Origin: Mobula hypostoma
Lineage: Eukaryota
Direction: 5' to 3'
Length of the DNA stretch: 64,000 nucleotides
Assembly (NCBI RefSeq): GCF_963921235.1
Contig: NC_086097.1
Location: 130,388,001 to 130,452,000 of the forward strand
In this document: positions 37,265-49,170 of the stretch, piece by piece
How positions within the stretch are numbered: position 1 is the stretch's first letter
Layout: each line of letters begins with the position of its first letter
The notes under the pieces: model-generated
Databases searched by the model: none
Seen by the model: only the letters and a program-made list of their open reading frames with translations
What the model was told of the DNA's origin: nothing
Program-made: the position numbers and the translations under genes

Positions 37265-38090
37265 GAGTCATAGAGTACCATAGCATAGAAACAGGCCCTT
37301 CTGCCCATGAAGTCCATGCCAAACTATTATTCTGCATAATCCAATTGACCGGCACCTGGACCAAAGTCCTTCATAACCCTCCCATCCATGTACTCATCCA
37401 AACTTCTCTTGAATGTTGAAATCAAACCCACATCTACCACTTCCACTGGCATCTCATTCCACACTCTCATCATCTTCTGAGTGCAAGTATTCCCCCTCAT
37501 GTTCCCCTTTCACTCTTAACCCGTGATCTCTAGTTCTAGTCTCACCCAATGTCAGTTGAAAAAGCCTACTTACATTTACTCCATCTGTACCACTCATAAT
37601 TTTATATACCTCTGTCAAATCTCCCTTTATTCTTCTACATTACAAGAAATAACATTCTAACCTATTCAACTTTTCCCTACAACTCAGGTCCTCAAGTCCC
37701 TGCAACATGCTTAAAAATTTTCTCTGTACTCTTTCAGTTTTATTGCTATCTTTCCTGTAGGTAGCTGACTAGAACTGCAACCACACTCCAAATTAGCCCC
37801 ATCAATGTCTTATACAACTTCAACAGAGCATCCCAACTTCTGTACTTAATACTTTGATTGATGAAGGCCAATGTGCCAAACACTCTCTTTATGACACTAT
37901 TCATCTGTCACATCACTTTTGAGGAATTATGGATCTGTATTTCCAGATCCTTCAGTTCTACTGCACTCCTTAATTCCCTACTGTTCATTGTGTAAGTCCT
38001 CTCCTAGTTTTGCCCTCACAAAGTGCAACACCTCACACTTGTCTGCCTTAAATTTCATCTGCCTTTTTCAGCTCATTTTTTTCCAGCTGG
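37265..38090 (-). mobile_element. CR1 LINE 3' fragment
   Basis: Terminus AGAGTCATAGAG..GAAACAGGCCCTT; collinear with 16060-16645. Confidence 0.9.
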
Positions 38091-38299
38091 AAAATAAGTA
38101 AGCTGAACTAAATGATTATTCATTCAAATTTAAATACAAGTATAATTTCACCTATCAGTGATAGAGACTGTGCTGGTGGTCCACAACCGGGGAGGAGATG
38201 TTTTAATGTGTGAATAGGTAAGCTAAAATTGGAATTGGTGGATGCACTACCCCTTTACCTGATGCCACATGGCCCAGTCGATCATGGGTAAAGCCCTCC

Positions 38300-38805
38300 T
38301 AACGACTGAGCACATCTGCATGAAACGCTGTCATAGGAAAGCAGCATCCATCATAAGAAACACCACCATCCAGGACATGCTCTCTTGTCATTGCTGCCAT
38401 CAGGAACAAGGTACAAGAACCTTTTGACTCGCACCACTAGGTTTAGGAATAGTTACTATCCCTCAACCACCAGGCTTTGGAACAAAGAGGATAACTTCAC
38501 TCAGCTTCACTTGCTTCATCACTGAAATGATCCCACAACCTATGGGCTCACTTTTAAGGGCTCTTCATGTCACGTTCTTGATACTTATTATTTATTTATT
38601 TATTGTTTCTTCTTTTTGCATTTGCACAGTTGTTGTCTTCTGCACTCTGGATGAAAACACTACTTTGGCAGTTGTTCATTGATTCTGATATAGTTACTAT
38701 TTTATAGATTTAGTGATTACACCCACAAGAATATGAATTCCAGGGTAGTATATGGTGACTTATATGTACTTTGATAATAATAGTTACGTTGTACCTTTGT
38801 ACTTA
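38300..38805 (+). mobile_element. Rex1/Babar 3' fragment
   Basis: RKAASII..HHPGHALLSLLPSGTRYKNL..RFRNSYYPSTTRL, plus tail. Confidence 0.85.
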
Positions 38806-38984
38806 ATCATTGTTTCCTGAGTAGCCAATAACTCAGGCATTGGTAGGAGTATAAGAGGATCTGGAGAAGGCCACAGAGCTGCTAAAGCCTCCTCCACCAT
38901 TCAACATGACCAGTTCAGATCCTTCGCTAAGGATCCCCTAAGAGGTACCATTGACAATAGATGAGCTGGTACAGATACTGATTC

Positions 38985-39200
38985 ACACCAACGGAGTCTG
39001 CACCTTCTCCCTAGGGTCCAACCCTTTGTTAATTGGCCTGTGTAAATTTTCCTTGTGTGGTAGAATGTTGGTGAGCTGATAACAATAATGTGAAGAATAA
39101 AAAAATTGGATTATATAATTGGAATTAAAAATGGGATTGCATAAATTGATGTAACTGAATTGATGCAACCTCAGTGAGCATATTTCTGTGCTGTATGTGA
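38985..39200 (+). mobile_element. Decayed HE1-like SINE 3' part
   Basis: GGAGTCTGCACCTTCTCCCT..GTTAATTGGCCTGTGTAAATTTTCC..TTTCTGTGCTGTATG. Confidence 0.55.
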
Positions 39201-41179
39201 CCTGACTTCACATTCAACTGTCATATTTCTTGATTTAAACATCTTATCTCTTTAACAGAATCAGTGACTGAGAATCCATAGATCTACTGACGAGAGAACT
39301 AAAAAGGGACCCTACTTCCCAAGAAGAGAAATCTCTCTTCATCTCAGTCCTAAAAGCCCTTTATCCTAAACCAAATGTGGCAACCTTTTGATCAACTTGA
39401 ATCTTGATAGTTAACTAAGAGGGTCACAAGTTGCAGATGTATGCTAAGCAAAAGCCAAGGATGTGGCTCAGGAAGGATATTCTGGTGTCTAGAACTGATC
39501 TTATATAAAAACGAGGACAGTTGCTACTCAAGACAGCACCCCATCCCTTCATGATCTCACCTCAACATAGTCAACCTACCCCAATACAAAGCAGGATAAT
39601 CTTTGCTCAGTACCGATGAGGAACTTTTTTAGCTTGCTGATGGCATGATAATGAGCTTCTCAAAGTTGACCAGGTCACCCATGAAGAGCAGCAAATGGGT
39701 GACAATCATCTTTTGTTAAAATTCAAAAAGGCTCTTTCACATGCATGTGATTTAATTAGGTGAAATGGCCCAGCAAGACACACTTACAGTGACATTTAAA
39801 GGGAGAGGACAAATGTCCTTACCTGCAATGCTCACATGGCAAATAAATGTATCATGACTAAGAGAACACCTGACCTTTCACAATGCAGTAGAATGAGGTG
39901 TGGCCTACCCTAGTTCACCAATGCAACAATGTGTGCCTTTTGCAGAGAAGTCATATGCAAAGTTGGAAATGAAATACCCAATTGATGTCTTCCTCCAAGG
40001 TTTGGACTTGCAGTGCTGCCACTCACACCAAGAATTCAGACTGCAGCTGTTGTGGGCAGATTCATGGCATATCTCACATGGGAGATGCATTGAGTTCTCA
40101 GACCCCGCTAGGGGAACTGTCACTTCATTACATCATCTAAACCTGGTGTTATGCATTTGCTTAAAAACAATCATATTTTCTGCTCTACTAGCCAGGCAGA
40201 GACCAGGTTAAGTAAAGCACATATGCTTAAGATTCTTTGTGCCTCAAGATGAAAATCTCTCAAATCGTTCCTTTTCTTTAAAATCCTAATTAATTGCCAT
40301 CTCTGTTTTCTCTTTAGATAGCCCATAACTAATTATACCTCTTATTAGTCATCACTTATGATTTACAGGCATAATGTTATCAACTCTACAGGTTTTACCC
40401 CAGCATGTGAAGTCTCTTTTCAGTTGTTTCAAATACAGAAGACTTGAGCCTGGGCCAAGTGCCAGATGAGTAAAAGTTTCCATGAGGAAACCCTTTTGTT
40501 TTCCTAAGGGGAAGGAAACTTTAACTGGCTAGACTGGTGGGGAGACTGATCTCCGTACTCAGTGGCATACCTGCTCAGGACCTATAATATCTCTCACATC
40601 TGGACTACTTAGTATAGTCTACCACACCAAAAAAAAAGTCAGCATTTCTGAAGTTAAAAGTGTGGTGTCAGCAGAAAATATATCACTGTAGCTTTCAAGC
40701 ACACTCTTGTGCTGCACACTTGTCGTTAAAAAGTTCTATTTAAGTACAGGAAATGAAATCAATTTCAAATAATTCAGGCAATAATCCCAGTACAAGTAAA
40801 TTATTTTCTTCCAGCAGTGTCAACTGCAACAAATATGTTTACCTATTTACTCTGATTCACAAAATTGAATTATCTGATTGAAGTACTCAAACAAATGTCA
40901 CAGAAGTATTCATTTCTAGGCAGGATAGCAGTACAACTTGTGCAAGTATTATTTTAAATTTGGTCATTAACATTAAGCACATTAAGCCCATTTAATTCTA
41001 CTAGCTTCAAGGGAACTGGATTTGATGAGGTTAGTTCAACTATTGACCAATATTCTGCACTTGAATAATGTTCATGACCGCAGGCAAATCGTTCCCTTTT
41101 TTTTCAACTTTATCAATTCATTGACATGCAAAGTACCAGGATCCTGGTGCTAACCTTAAAGTTCACGAAATTGATGGAA

Positions 41180-41800
41180 GGTTGGGTATGGAAGCCTGAA
41201 ATCCCAAACCACCAGGTTCAAAAGCAGTTACTACACTTCAACCATTTAGTTCTTGAACCAACCTGCACAACCCGAAGCACCATCTGATAAAAGCAACACT
41301 TTGCATGACATTGTTCCAATTGTGCTCTTTCTTGTTTAATTTTGTATAATTTAAGTCTTCCAAGAGGTCCAGAACCTTGTCATATTTCGAAGGTTTCCCT
41401 GCCTCAATGACCTGGAGAGCTATATTGGCTGGAGTCAGGGCCTTGTGCTTTGGCTCTTGGTATAGTCACCCATGCCAAACAGGTTAAAGGTGAGAGGCTA
41501 GACTAAGAGTGGTCCACCGGTCCTCCGGCTTCCGGTGTTCAGCTCAGGGCTAATGACTCTAACCAGTCAAAAAACAATTATTATGGAAACAGCAATGAAA
41601 AATCTTTCTACATAGACAGAGATGGAGGACTTTCATTGCTACCCTAAACGCCAGCAGTGGAACAGGCAGGTACTGTGCTATAATGTTAATTTATGATTTT
41701 CTTCTGAATGTTGTGTTTCTGATACTACATACATTAGTTTTTCATTGGACATGTGCAGACATGTATTTGTGCACATGATAAGAAATCTGACTTTTGACTC
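41180..41800 (+). mobile_element. Rex1-family 3' end hosting an RTE-derived short element
   Basis: LKSQTTRFKSSYYTSTI; the tail resumes after ~41670. Confidence 0.7.
41365..41670 (+). mobile_element. Bipartite RTE-derived non-autonomous element (RTE 5' UTR plus RTE 3' end)
   Basis: AACCTTGTC..CCTCAATGACCTGGAGAGCTAT head, AAAAAAC..ATGGAAAC, then a tail encoding RWRTFIATLNAS. A related 3' end lies inverted at ~42875-42990. Confidence 0.65.
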
Positions 41801-43659
41801 CGTAATGGTTCAAGCTATGGAATTTCCTCACTTCTAAACAAAACGTCAGACTTTGAGTCCAAGACTTGTGCCTTCATCTGTGTGATCTAATTAAGAGAGT
41901 TTTAATTCTCAGCCAGAATGGTAAGTGATACCCTGGACAAAGAGAAACATTCAGTTTTGGAAAATAACTTTGGAATCTAACAAGGATTGCTACAACCACT
42001 TTAAATAGATCTTTGCATGACAGAATTTATTGATGATGCTTTTAATATTTAAGGGCTGCAACAAAGATTTTGCTCTTGAGATGTGTGTATTGTTGGAATG
42101 ACAAGTTAAATCACTGCAAAGCAATGCATATATGAAGCAACTAACCACATAGGAACTTAAAATGGAATCAGAATAGTACTTCAGTTCCCAACCCAGTAAT
42201 CTGAACCTTAGATTTCAATCAGGATTCAAGAGTTTGAATCATTGGAGAAATTTAAATTCAGTGAAGGATGTGTGGAAGAAGATACTGGTTCCAACCACAA
42301 TAAAATTATGGGGTTGTCATAAGAGCCCATGGGGTTCAGGGAAGGAGATTTGCACCTTTCCTTAGCCATGACTCAAAATCCAGTAGTATAGTTGACTTTA
42401 ACCAAAATGACCCAGCATAACACTAACCTCAGGCACTTATTAGAAATGGACAATAAACTTTGATCTTGCCAGCACGAGCCACACCTTGTGAATAAGTAAG
42501 TAACAAGTACTGTGATATAATATAATTACCTGTTAATTTGAATATACTACGAATGTCAATGTCTTGTATTATTTTCCTGCACCTAGTTATAAACTTCTGT
42601 CTTCCTCAAATAAACTTGGATATTTCCCTTTCACTCGCTGCTCCCCTCTCCTACTTGGCCCATCCTCAGTCTACCAATCACCTCAGTCTCTGTTCTCACC
42701 ATTCCTCATTAAACAGGCTGTCGCCCCTCTCCACTCTCAGTCCTAATGCAATGGAAACACCTGAAAAATTGAGAGCTCATTCCCTCCCACAGATGGTGCC
42801 CAACTAACTGCTGAGCTCCTCCCGTACATTGTTTGTTGGCATTTATTAAACTGATTGTCTTCCGTATTATTATTCTTTTACTGCTGTTATGTTGCTGTCA
42901 TTTAGAACAGCAATGAAGGTCCTTCATCTCTGACAGGGTTCAGGGTTTCCTTCATCGTGACAGTAGCTTCCTCTTGGTTTTGTATTATTAGGTGATGTAA
43001 AATCTTCCAATTGAGTAAGGTTGGAGGAAAAGAGATACTTGTTCTTTGATTCTAAGTGTAATTTGGTTCTATATTAATGTCACATATATCACAGAGTGGT
43101 TTATATTTGCATAATAAATTCCTCAGTCTACATTTACAATGGAAACTCCTTGCAGAAATTTGGCCTGGTATAAATATGCCCTTCCCTTTCTCTGGCAGCC
43201 ATTCGAACCATGCTCCAGTGGTGGTTTTCAGGGCCTCAACTGGTTGAAATGTTATTAACAAGCAATATATTTAAATAGTTTATAATGGAAAAACTCAGAG
43301 GAAGTTCACGCTGACCACATTTTTAATATATTGCAAATGCTGTTTATTTTCAATTCTCAGTTGGGTGAAGGAGTGGCTAGCAATGTTAGCATGTAAGTGC
43401 CCATCCCTTGACTATTCTTGAGAAGCTGGTGGTGAACGACTTACTTCAGCTCTGCAGTCTGTGTGGGGTAGGTCCTAATAGCTTCAACTACTTATTAACG
43501 CTATTTTACAGAATACTTATGAGTCAACCTAATTGACATGGGTCTGGACAGAGTTAATTATTGGGCAAAAGGGGCTGGAGTACAAAATTCCTAATCTGGA
43601 AAACATTAATGAACTAGAAAGATTTTTAATGGTAAATTAGTGTTTCTTCCTCTTCATCT

Positions 43660-44040
43660 AGAAGATGATACAGGAGCCTCACCATATTCAGGAACAGTTA
43701 TCACCCCTCAACCATCAGCCTCTTGGACCAAAGAGGATAACTTCACTCAACTTCATTTCATTATTGAAATGTTCCCAGAGCCTATGGACTCACTTTTGAG
43801 GATTCTTCGTCTCATATTCTCAATATTTATTGCTTGCTTGCTTGTTTGTTTGTTTGTTTGTTTGTTTATTTATTTATTTTTGTACTTGTATGGTTTGTGT
43901 CTATTGGGTTGAACTCCCAATATTGTACTTATTATTCTGTTTTAGATGTATTGAGTATGCCCACAAGAAAAGGAATCTCATGGTTTCAAATGGTGACACA
44001 TATGTACTTTGGTAATACACTTACTTTGAGCTTTGAACTC
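43660..44040 (+). mobile_element. Rex1/Babar 3' end with a (TTTG)n/(TTTA)n tract
   Basis: GATACAGGAGCCTC..TTCAGGAACAGTTATCACCCCTCAACCATCAG and a tail homologous to 38450-38800. Confidence 0.85.
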
Positions 44041-44219
44041 CTTCGTCAATTTATTGCTACAGCCTTTCAATTCCAAATTATCTTAACTGAATTAAAATTT
44101 TCTAGCTATTTTGGCAGGATTTGAACTCACTTCTCCCAACCATTTAGCTCATACTTACACCTTAGATGCAATCACCTTCAGTTTATTTCAGCAAAATACT
44201 GACATACATAGGTACTGCT

Positions 44220-45460
44220 CATAGAGTCATACAGCACAGGAACAGGTCTTTGGTCCATTGTACACAACTGTGGCCTCACCAGGATTTCTAATCAGTTGGA
44301 AAGATACCTTTCTTTTTCAAAACTCCAATCCCCTACTGGTAAGACCAATATGACCTTTGCCTTTCTAAGTAGTGGCTGGATCTCCATGCCAAGATCTTAA
44401 TGTTTCATGCACGAGAACATTATGGTCCTCTATACTTCATTCATTTGCATTCCCTCTCCATTTAGATAACCATCTGCCTTTTGATTCCTCCTATCGAAAC
44501 GCATGACCTCAAACCTTCATACATGAAACTCAGAGTCAGAAATTAGCACAATGCAGAAACAGGCCCTTCAGCCCACTACTTCCATGTCGCCCATCATAGC
44601 TGCCTACATGCATCCCATTTACCTGCATTAGTCAGAATCAGAATCGTTTAATATCACCATCATACGTCATTAAATTTGTTGTCTCTGCGGCAGCAGTACA
44701 ATGTAATACATAATAATAAAGAAAAAACTTACAATAAGTATATACGTATAAAAGAGTTAAATTAAATAAGCAGTGCAAAAAAAAAAATTAAAGAAAGTAG
44801 TGAGGTAGAGTTTATGGGGTCAATGTCCATTCAGAAGTTGGACAGCAGAAGCTGCTCCTGAACTGTTGAATGTGAGCCTTCAGGCTCCTGTACCTTCTTC
44901 CTAATGGCAGCAATAAGAACAGGGCATGTCCTGGTTGAAGGTAGCATCGCTCCTTGAAGATGTCCTGGATAATACGGAGGCTAGTGTCTGTGACGGAGCT
45001 GACTACGTTTACAACTCTCTGCAGCTTATTCCGATCCTGTGCAGCAGCCCCCACCCTGCCCATACCAGACTGTGATGCAGTCTGTAATATTTTGAGTTTG
45101 TTAATTGAAGTATGTACATAGATTAGATGCTTCTTAGTCATTTTAAATTGTTTTTGCCCACTCACTCAGCTTATCCATGTCCTATTGCAGAATATAAATG
45201 TCCTCAATGTAGCATACCCTCCCACCTATTTTTGTGTCATCAACAAACTTAGATACCTTATGCTCTGCCCCCTCAGCCAAGTTACTGATGTAGATAGTAA
45301 CTTACTGAGGACACTACACTAGTCAAGTCTCTCTGACCTGAAAAACACCTACTTATTCTGACTTTCACTTCTCTTTGTTTTAACCAGTTTTTGATCCAAG
45401 TTAATGCAATTCCCCTGCAAGTTAATGCAAAGATGATGCTTCTCTTATAGCACCTCCTAA
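44220..45460 (-). mobile_element. Old CR1 fragments interrupted by a minus-strand Rex1 3' end (~44632-45085)
   Basis: CR1: ALTWIKNWLKQREVKVRISRCFS. Rex1: AQDRNKLQRVVNVV..GHALFLLLPLGRRYRSLKAHIQQFRSS, terminus (CAGAAT)2. Confidence 0.8.
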
Positions 45461-45649
45461 CACTTTGAATACCAGCACCCAAAATGATGAGGGCTATGAG
45501 CTGGGTTAGCCGTTGATGCCTCTATTCTTTTATGGTTTTCCTGACCTGGATTATCAACAGCACAAATTTTAACACAAAATTATATTGAAAGTTGCTCTAA
45601 AACAGGGTGTTGGGTAGAAATCTTCAGGGTGAAAAACAATAAACAATCA

Positions 45650-46345
45650 TAAGACCATAAAACATAGGAGCAGAATTAGGCCATTCAGTCCATTGAGTTT
45701 GCTCCAGTATTTAAACATGGCTGATTTATTTTCCCTCTCAACCCCATTCTCCTCATAACCTTTGACTCTTTTATTAACCAAGAATGTACCAATTTCAGCT
45801 TTAAATATATCCAGTGACTTGGCCTCCCACAGCCGCCTGTGGCAATAGATACCACAGATTCGCTACTCTCTGGCTAAAGAAATTCCTCACCTGGGAATAA
45901 AGAAATAATCCTTCCACTTCAGGTGAAATATCTTGAAAGGCCTGGACAGGATGGAAGTGGAGAGAATGCTTCCATTACCACGAGAGTGTAGGATCTCAGA
46001 GAACAACCTCAGAATAAAGGGAGGTCCTTTGAAACTGAGATAAGGAGGCTTTTCTTTCAGCATGTGAAACTCATTGCCAAAGAGGGCAGTGGAGACCAAG
46101 TCATTGACAATACTTAAGGTAAAATCTGATAGATCCTTGCTTAGTAAGGGAGTCACAGAAGAAAGCAGGTGAATGAGGTTAAAAGAAAAACCAGACATGA
46201 TTGAATTTCTGAACACTTCAGATGAGAAAACAGTCTAATTTCTACTCCTTTATTTTGTGGTCTTATGGAATTCCATAGAGATGTACTTGATGGTCATCAC
46301 AGAACTGGTAGGCTGAAGGGCCTATATCTGTTCTATATGTCCATA
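45650..46345. mobile_element. Two CR1 3' ends in opposite orientation (minus ~45650-45890; plus ~45925-46270)
   Basis: CATAAGACCATAAAACATAGGAGCAGAATTAGGCCATTC on the minus copy; ILKGLDRMEVERMLP on the plus copy. Confidence 0.8.
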
Positions 46346-46519
46346 AGACAGTAATCACATACAAAATTGCTCCCTCACCCCTAAAACTGTACCACCCACA
46401 ATCCACCACCCACCCCAGAACATGTTGCAGCAGCAACAGTTCAACATCAATGCTTGACAGTTGAATGGATCAAGGTCATGGCTTAGCTGACTGACCAAGA
46501 CTGACATCTAACTGTAGAT

Positions 46520-46875
46520 GTACAAGGAGAGGAGGAGGGAAAAGAATGAAGGAGGAAGGATGGGGAAGGTAAGGAAGGAAGAAGATGGGAAAGAGAAAGT
46601 GAGGAAAGGGAAAAGAAGAAGACAGGAAAAAGGCATGGGAAAAGAGGAATGTTTTTAGGTAAAGATGGAGGAAAGAGGTAGGAAGGTGGAAATGAGGGAG
46701 GAGACAAAGTTGCAGGGGGAAAGACATGAAAGTGAGTGGGATGGAGGGAAGGGAGAAGGGATAGGAAGGAGAGGTAAAGGGAGAAAGATGCATGAGTGAG
46801 TGAAGCAGCAAGGGATAAAGGACAGATGCATATCAGAGTAAGGAGGGAAGAAAGAAGGTAGTGAATGGGACAGAG
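46520..46875. repeat. Purine-rich (GGA/GAA) low-complexity tract
   Basis: Seen directly. Confidence 0.9.
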
Positions 46876-47699
46876 AATGCCAATAGCGCTATATTGGATT
46901 CTCCATATTTGACTAGAAATTAGTTGTGCCATTTGATATCAACATAGGACATCACAAGGTTGGCAAAGCGGGTGTCCGGGGTAGGTGCTGGACTGATGCT
47001 TTCCGGGACAGTACTCTTCCAGAGATAATTAACACACTCAGTGGTCAGTTCTCTGTTTCCCTCTGGATATTGAAGTGAGTTGAGATTAGGCTGGCAACTT
47101 TACTCCCTGTGAGGACTTTTTGGAACAATTATGGATGGTAGGGTTTTGGTAAAGTGAACAATTGACGCCCACAGCAAGCACTTCTCACAGCTTGTCCCTT
47201 ATGCCTGAAACAGTGCGTTGGCAATCTCACAGAGAACACCATAATCTGTGGGTCACATACAACCTTGACTTGTAAGTACAATGCTGCTCCATCAGAGTCA
47301 CCAGGCCAAAGTCCTGACATTCACTTCACAATGCATTATGGGATCACCTTCACCAGATGGACTGCAGTGGTTCAAGAAGACAGCACACCAACACCTTCTC
47401 AGTTCAGGATGGGCAACAGGTGTTAACTTCACAAGCGATGTCTACATCCTAGGTATGAATAAAGAGCAAATTTTCCAACCTTGCCACTATGTCAATCTCT
47501 TCCCCGTACACCCTTTCTCCCTCTTCTGACTGCTCACCACACTATACACAGTTCCTCTCCATTCTCTCCTCACTTTATCAGTCCAGGTGCAATGAAACAC
47601 TAAAAGTCACCTCCCGTCATTCATGGACACACTGTAACTATTCCCCTTAATTTCCCACCCTTCAGCACTCTGCTATCTTCTTCACTTATGTAGCCACTA

Positions 47700-48045
47700 C
47701 TGAACAGTGGCCGTGATAATATACTACTCGCTATATAGAAGTGTAATTGACCCCGCCGATTAGTGGCAACAGAGGAAGAGGTCAGGAAATTGAATTGGGT
47801 TACTGAATAGCAAAACATTTCCCCCTGAATTAAAACACGCCGCAACAACTCTATCTCGGGGGACCAACTCTGTATTAAACTTTTGTGTAGAAAGGAAAAA
47901 TACGGCAGATATTGGAAGTGTCGGAGTGAGTGTTTTTGTAGAGGGAGAGTGTGAGGTTTTTAGTGGCTGTGGAAACTTCATTATACCAGAGAACCCAGCA
48001 GCTGCGTTAAGTCTTGGGTTTTGTTTCTGGGAGAATCGGGTAAGT
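47700..48045 (+). promoter_or_regulatory. Possible promoter or non-coding first exon
   Basis: Unique and CpG-retaining. TATATAGAA at 47732, ETS-like GAGGAAG/CAGGAAAT, donor-like CGG|GTAAGT at 48039/48040. Confidence 0.25.
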
Positions 48046-48189
48046 CTGGCTGAACCCCCTTTACCATTGCTCCCATCTTGGTGCATAAACGAACTGAAGC
48101 CGTTTCACATCTCACTCACTGAAGGCAATTGGCCACGGCACATAAAGGCGTGTTGGGGTCAGCTGGGGCAAAATTGCTGCTCTAATGTA

Positions 48190-48640
48190 CCGAGAGATCT
48201 TGTTGTCCAAGTCCATAACTGCCTATAAGTGGCCATGCAAAGAGATATGTTGGTAAAGAAGGCATGTGACACGTTTGTCTTCTCTGGACACAGCCCCAGA
48301 ATACAGAGGCATCCTTTTAGAATGGAGGAGGAGGAATTTCTTGAGCTGGAAGGTGGTAGATCTGTGGAATTCTTTGCCATCAGCAGCTGTGGAGGTTAAG
48401 TCTTTATGTATATTTAAGGCAGAGGTTGATAGATTCTTAATTGGTCAGGGCATGAAGGGATATGGGGAGAAGGCAGGAGATTGGGGATGAGAGGAAAATT
48501 GGATCAGCTATGATGAAATGGCAGAGCAGACTCAATGGGCCAAATGGCCTAATTCTGTTCCTGTATCTTATGGTCAGGACTTTGAGTATAAGAATATGGA
48601 CGTTACAATGCAACTTTGGTTAGGCTGTTCTGTGCTCCTT
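48190..48640 (+). mobile_element. CR1 fragments (one 3' end nested in another CR1 piece)
   Basis: RRNFLSWKVVDLWNSLPSAAVEVKSLCIFKAEVDRFLIGQGMKGYGEKAGDWG. Confidence 0.9.
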
Positions 48641-48699
48641 GTTCAAGTCTGAAATGAGTTTCTTTAGGGTGGAACTTTCCAACCAACGTCGTGCATAAT

Positions 48700-49105
48700 T
48701 GTGTCAGCATTGAGTCAGGGTAAGTGAGCCAGAAAGTTTTAGGTTCAAGTCACACTTTGGAGGGTCGAACATCAAAGTCCAGGTTGATGCAGAAGTGCAG
48801 TGCCAATGGGGGTGCTCTCTTTCAGGAGAGATGTTAAACTGAGGTCTGTCTGCTCCCTCAGGTGAGTGTACATGTGCCATGGCAGATTTTGGAGAAGAGC
48901 AGAGGCACAATTTCCATTAGCCTAGCTCTACATTTGCCCTGCATTCACCATCACAGTGAAGTACAGACACTGCAGCCATTATTACACTACGGTTTATGGG
49001 ATCTTGCTGTGCATGTTCTGACTACCCAGTTTCCACAATGCACTAGCATCTAGACTTCAGAAGTACTTTATTGGCACTTTGGGATAATGTGAATATATGA
49101 AAGCA
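48700..49105 (+). mobile_element. Deu-domain SINE (SacSINE1-like), best-preserved copy in the window
   Basis: GGTTCAAGTC B-box-like; CTTTCAGGAGAGATGTTAAACTGAGGTCTGTCTGCTCCCTCAGGTG..CCATGGCAG..GAAGAGCAG; TGGGATCTTGCTGTGC..CTTCAGAAGTACTTTATTGGC. Confidence 0.75.
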
Positions 49106-49170
49106 ATTTGAAAAATGTGGGAGTTATTAATTGAAAACCTCCTCAATGAGTAAAATCTGCTTCCACCAAG

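Noticed and set aside
39900..40211. 103-aa ORF with nearby splice-like signals in unique DNA
   Set aside because: No recognisable homology and no consistent exon chain.
46476..46932. Two Pro/Ser/Phe/Leu-rich ORFs
   Set aside because: They arise from the purine-rich low-complexity tract, which lacks stop codons on the opposite strand.
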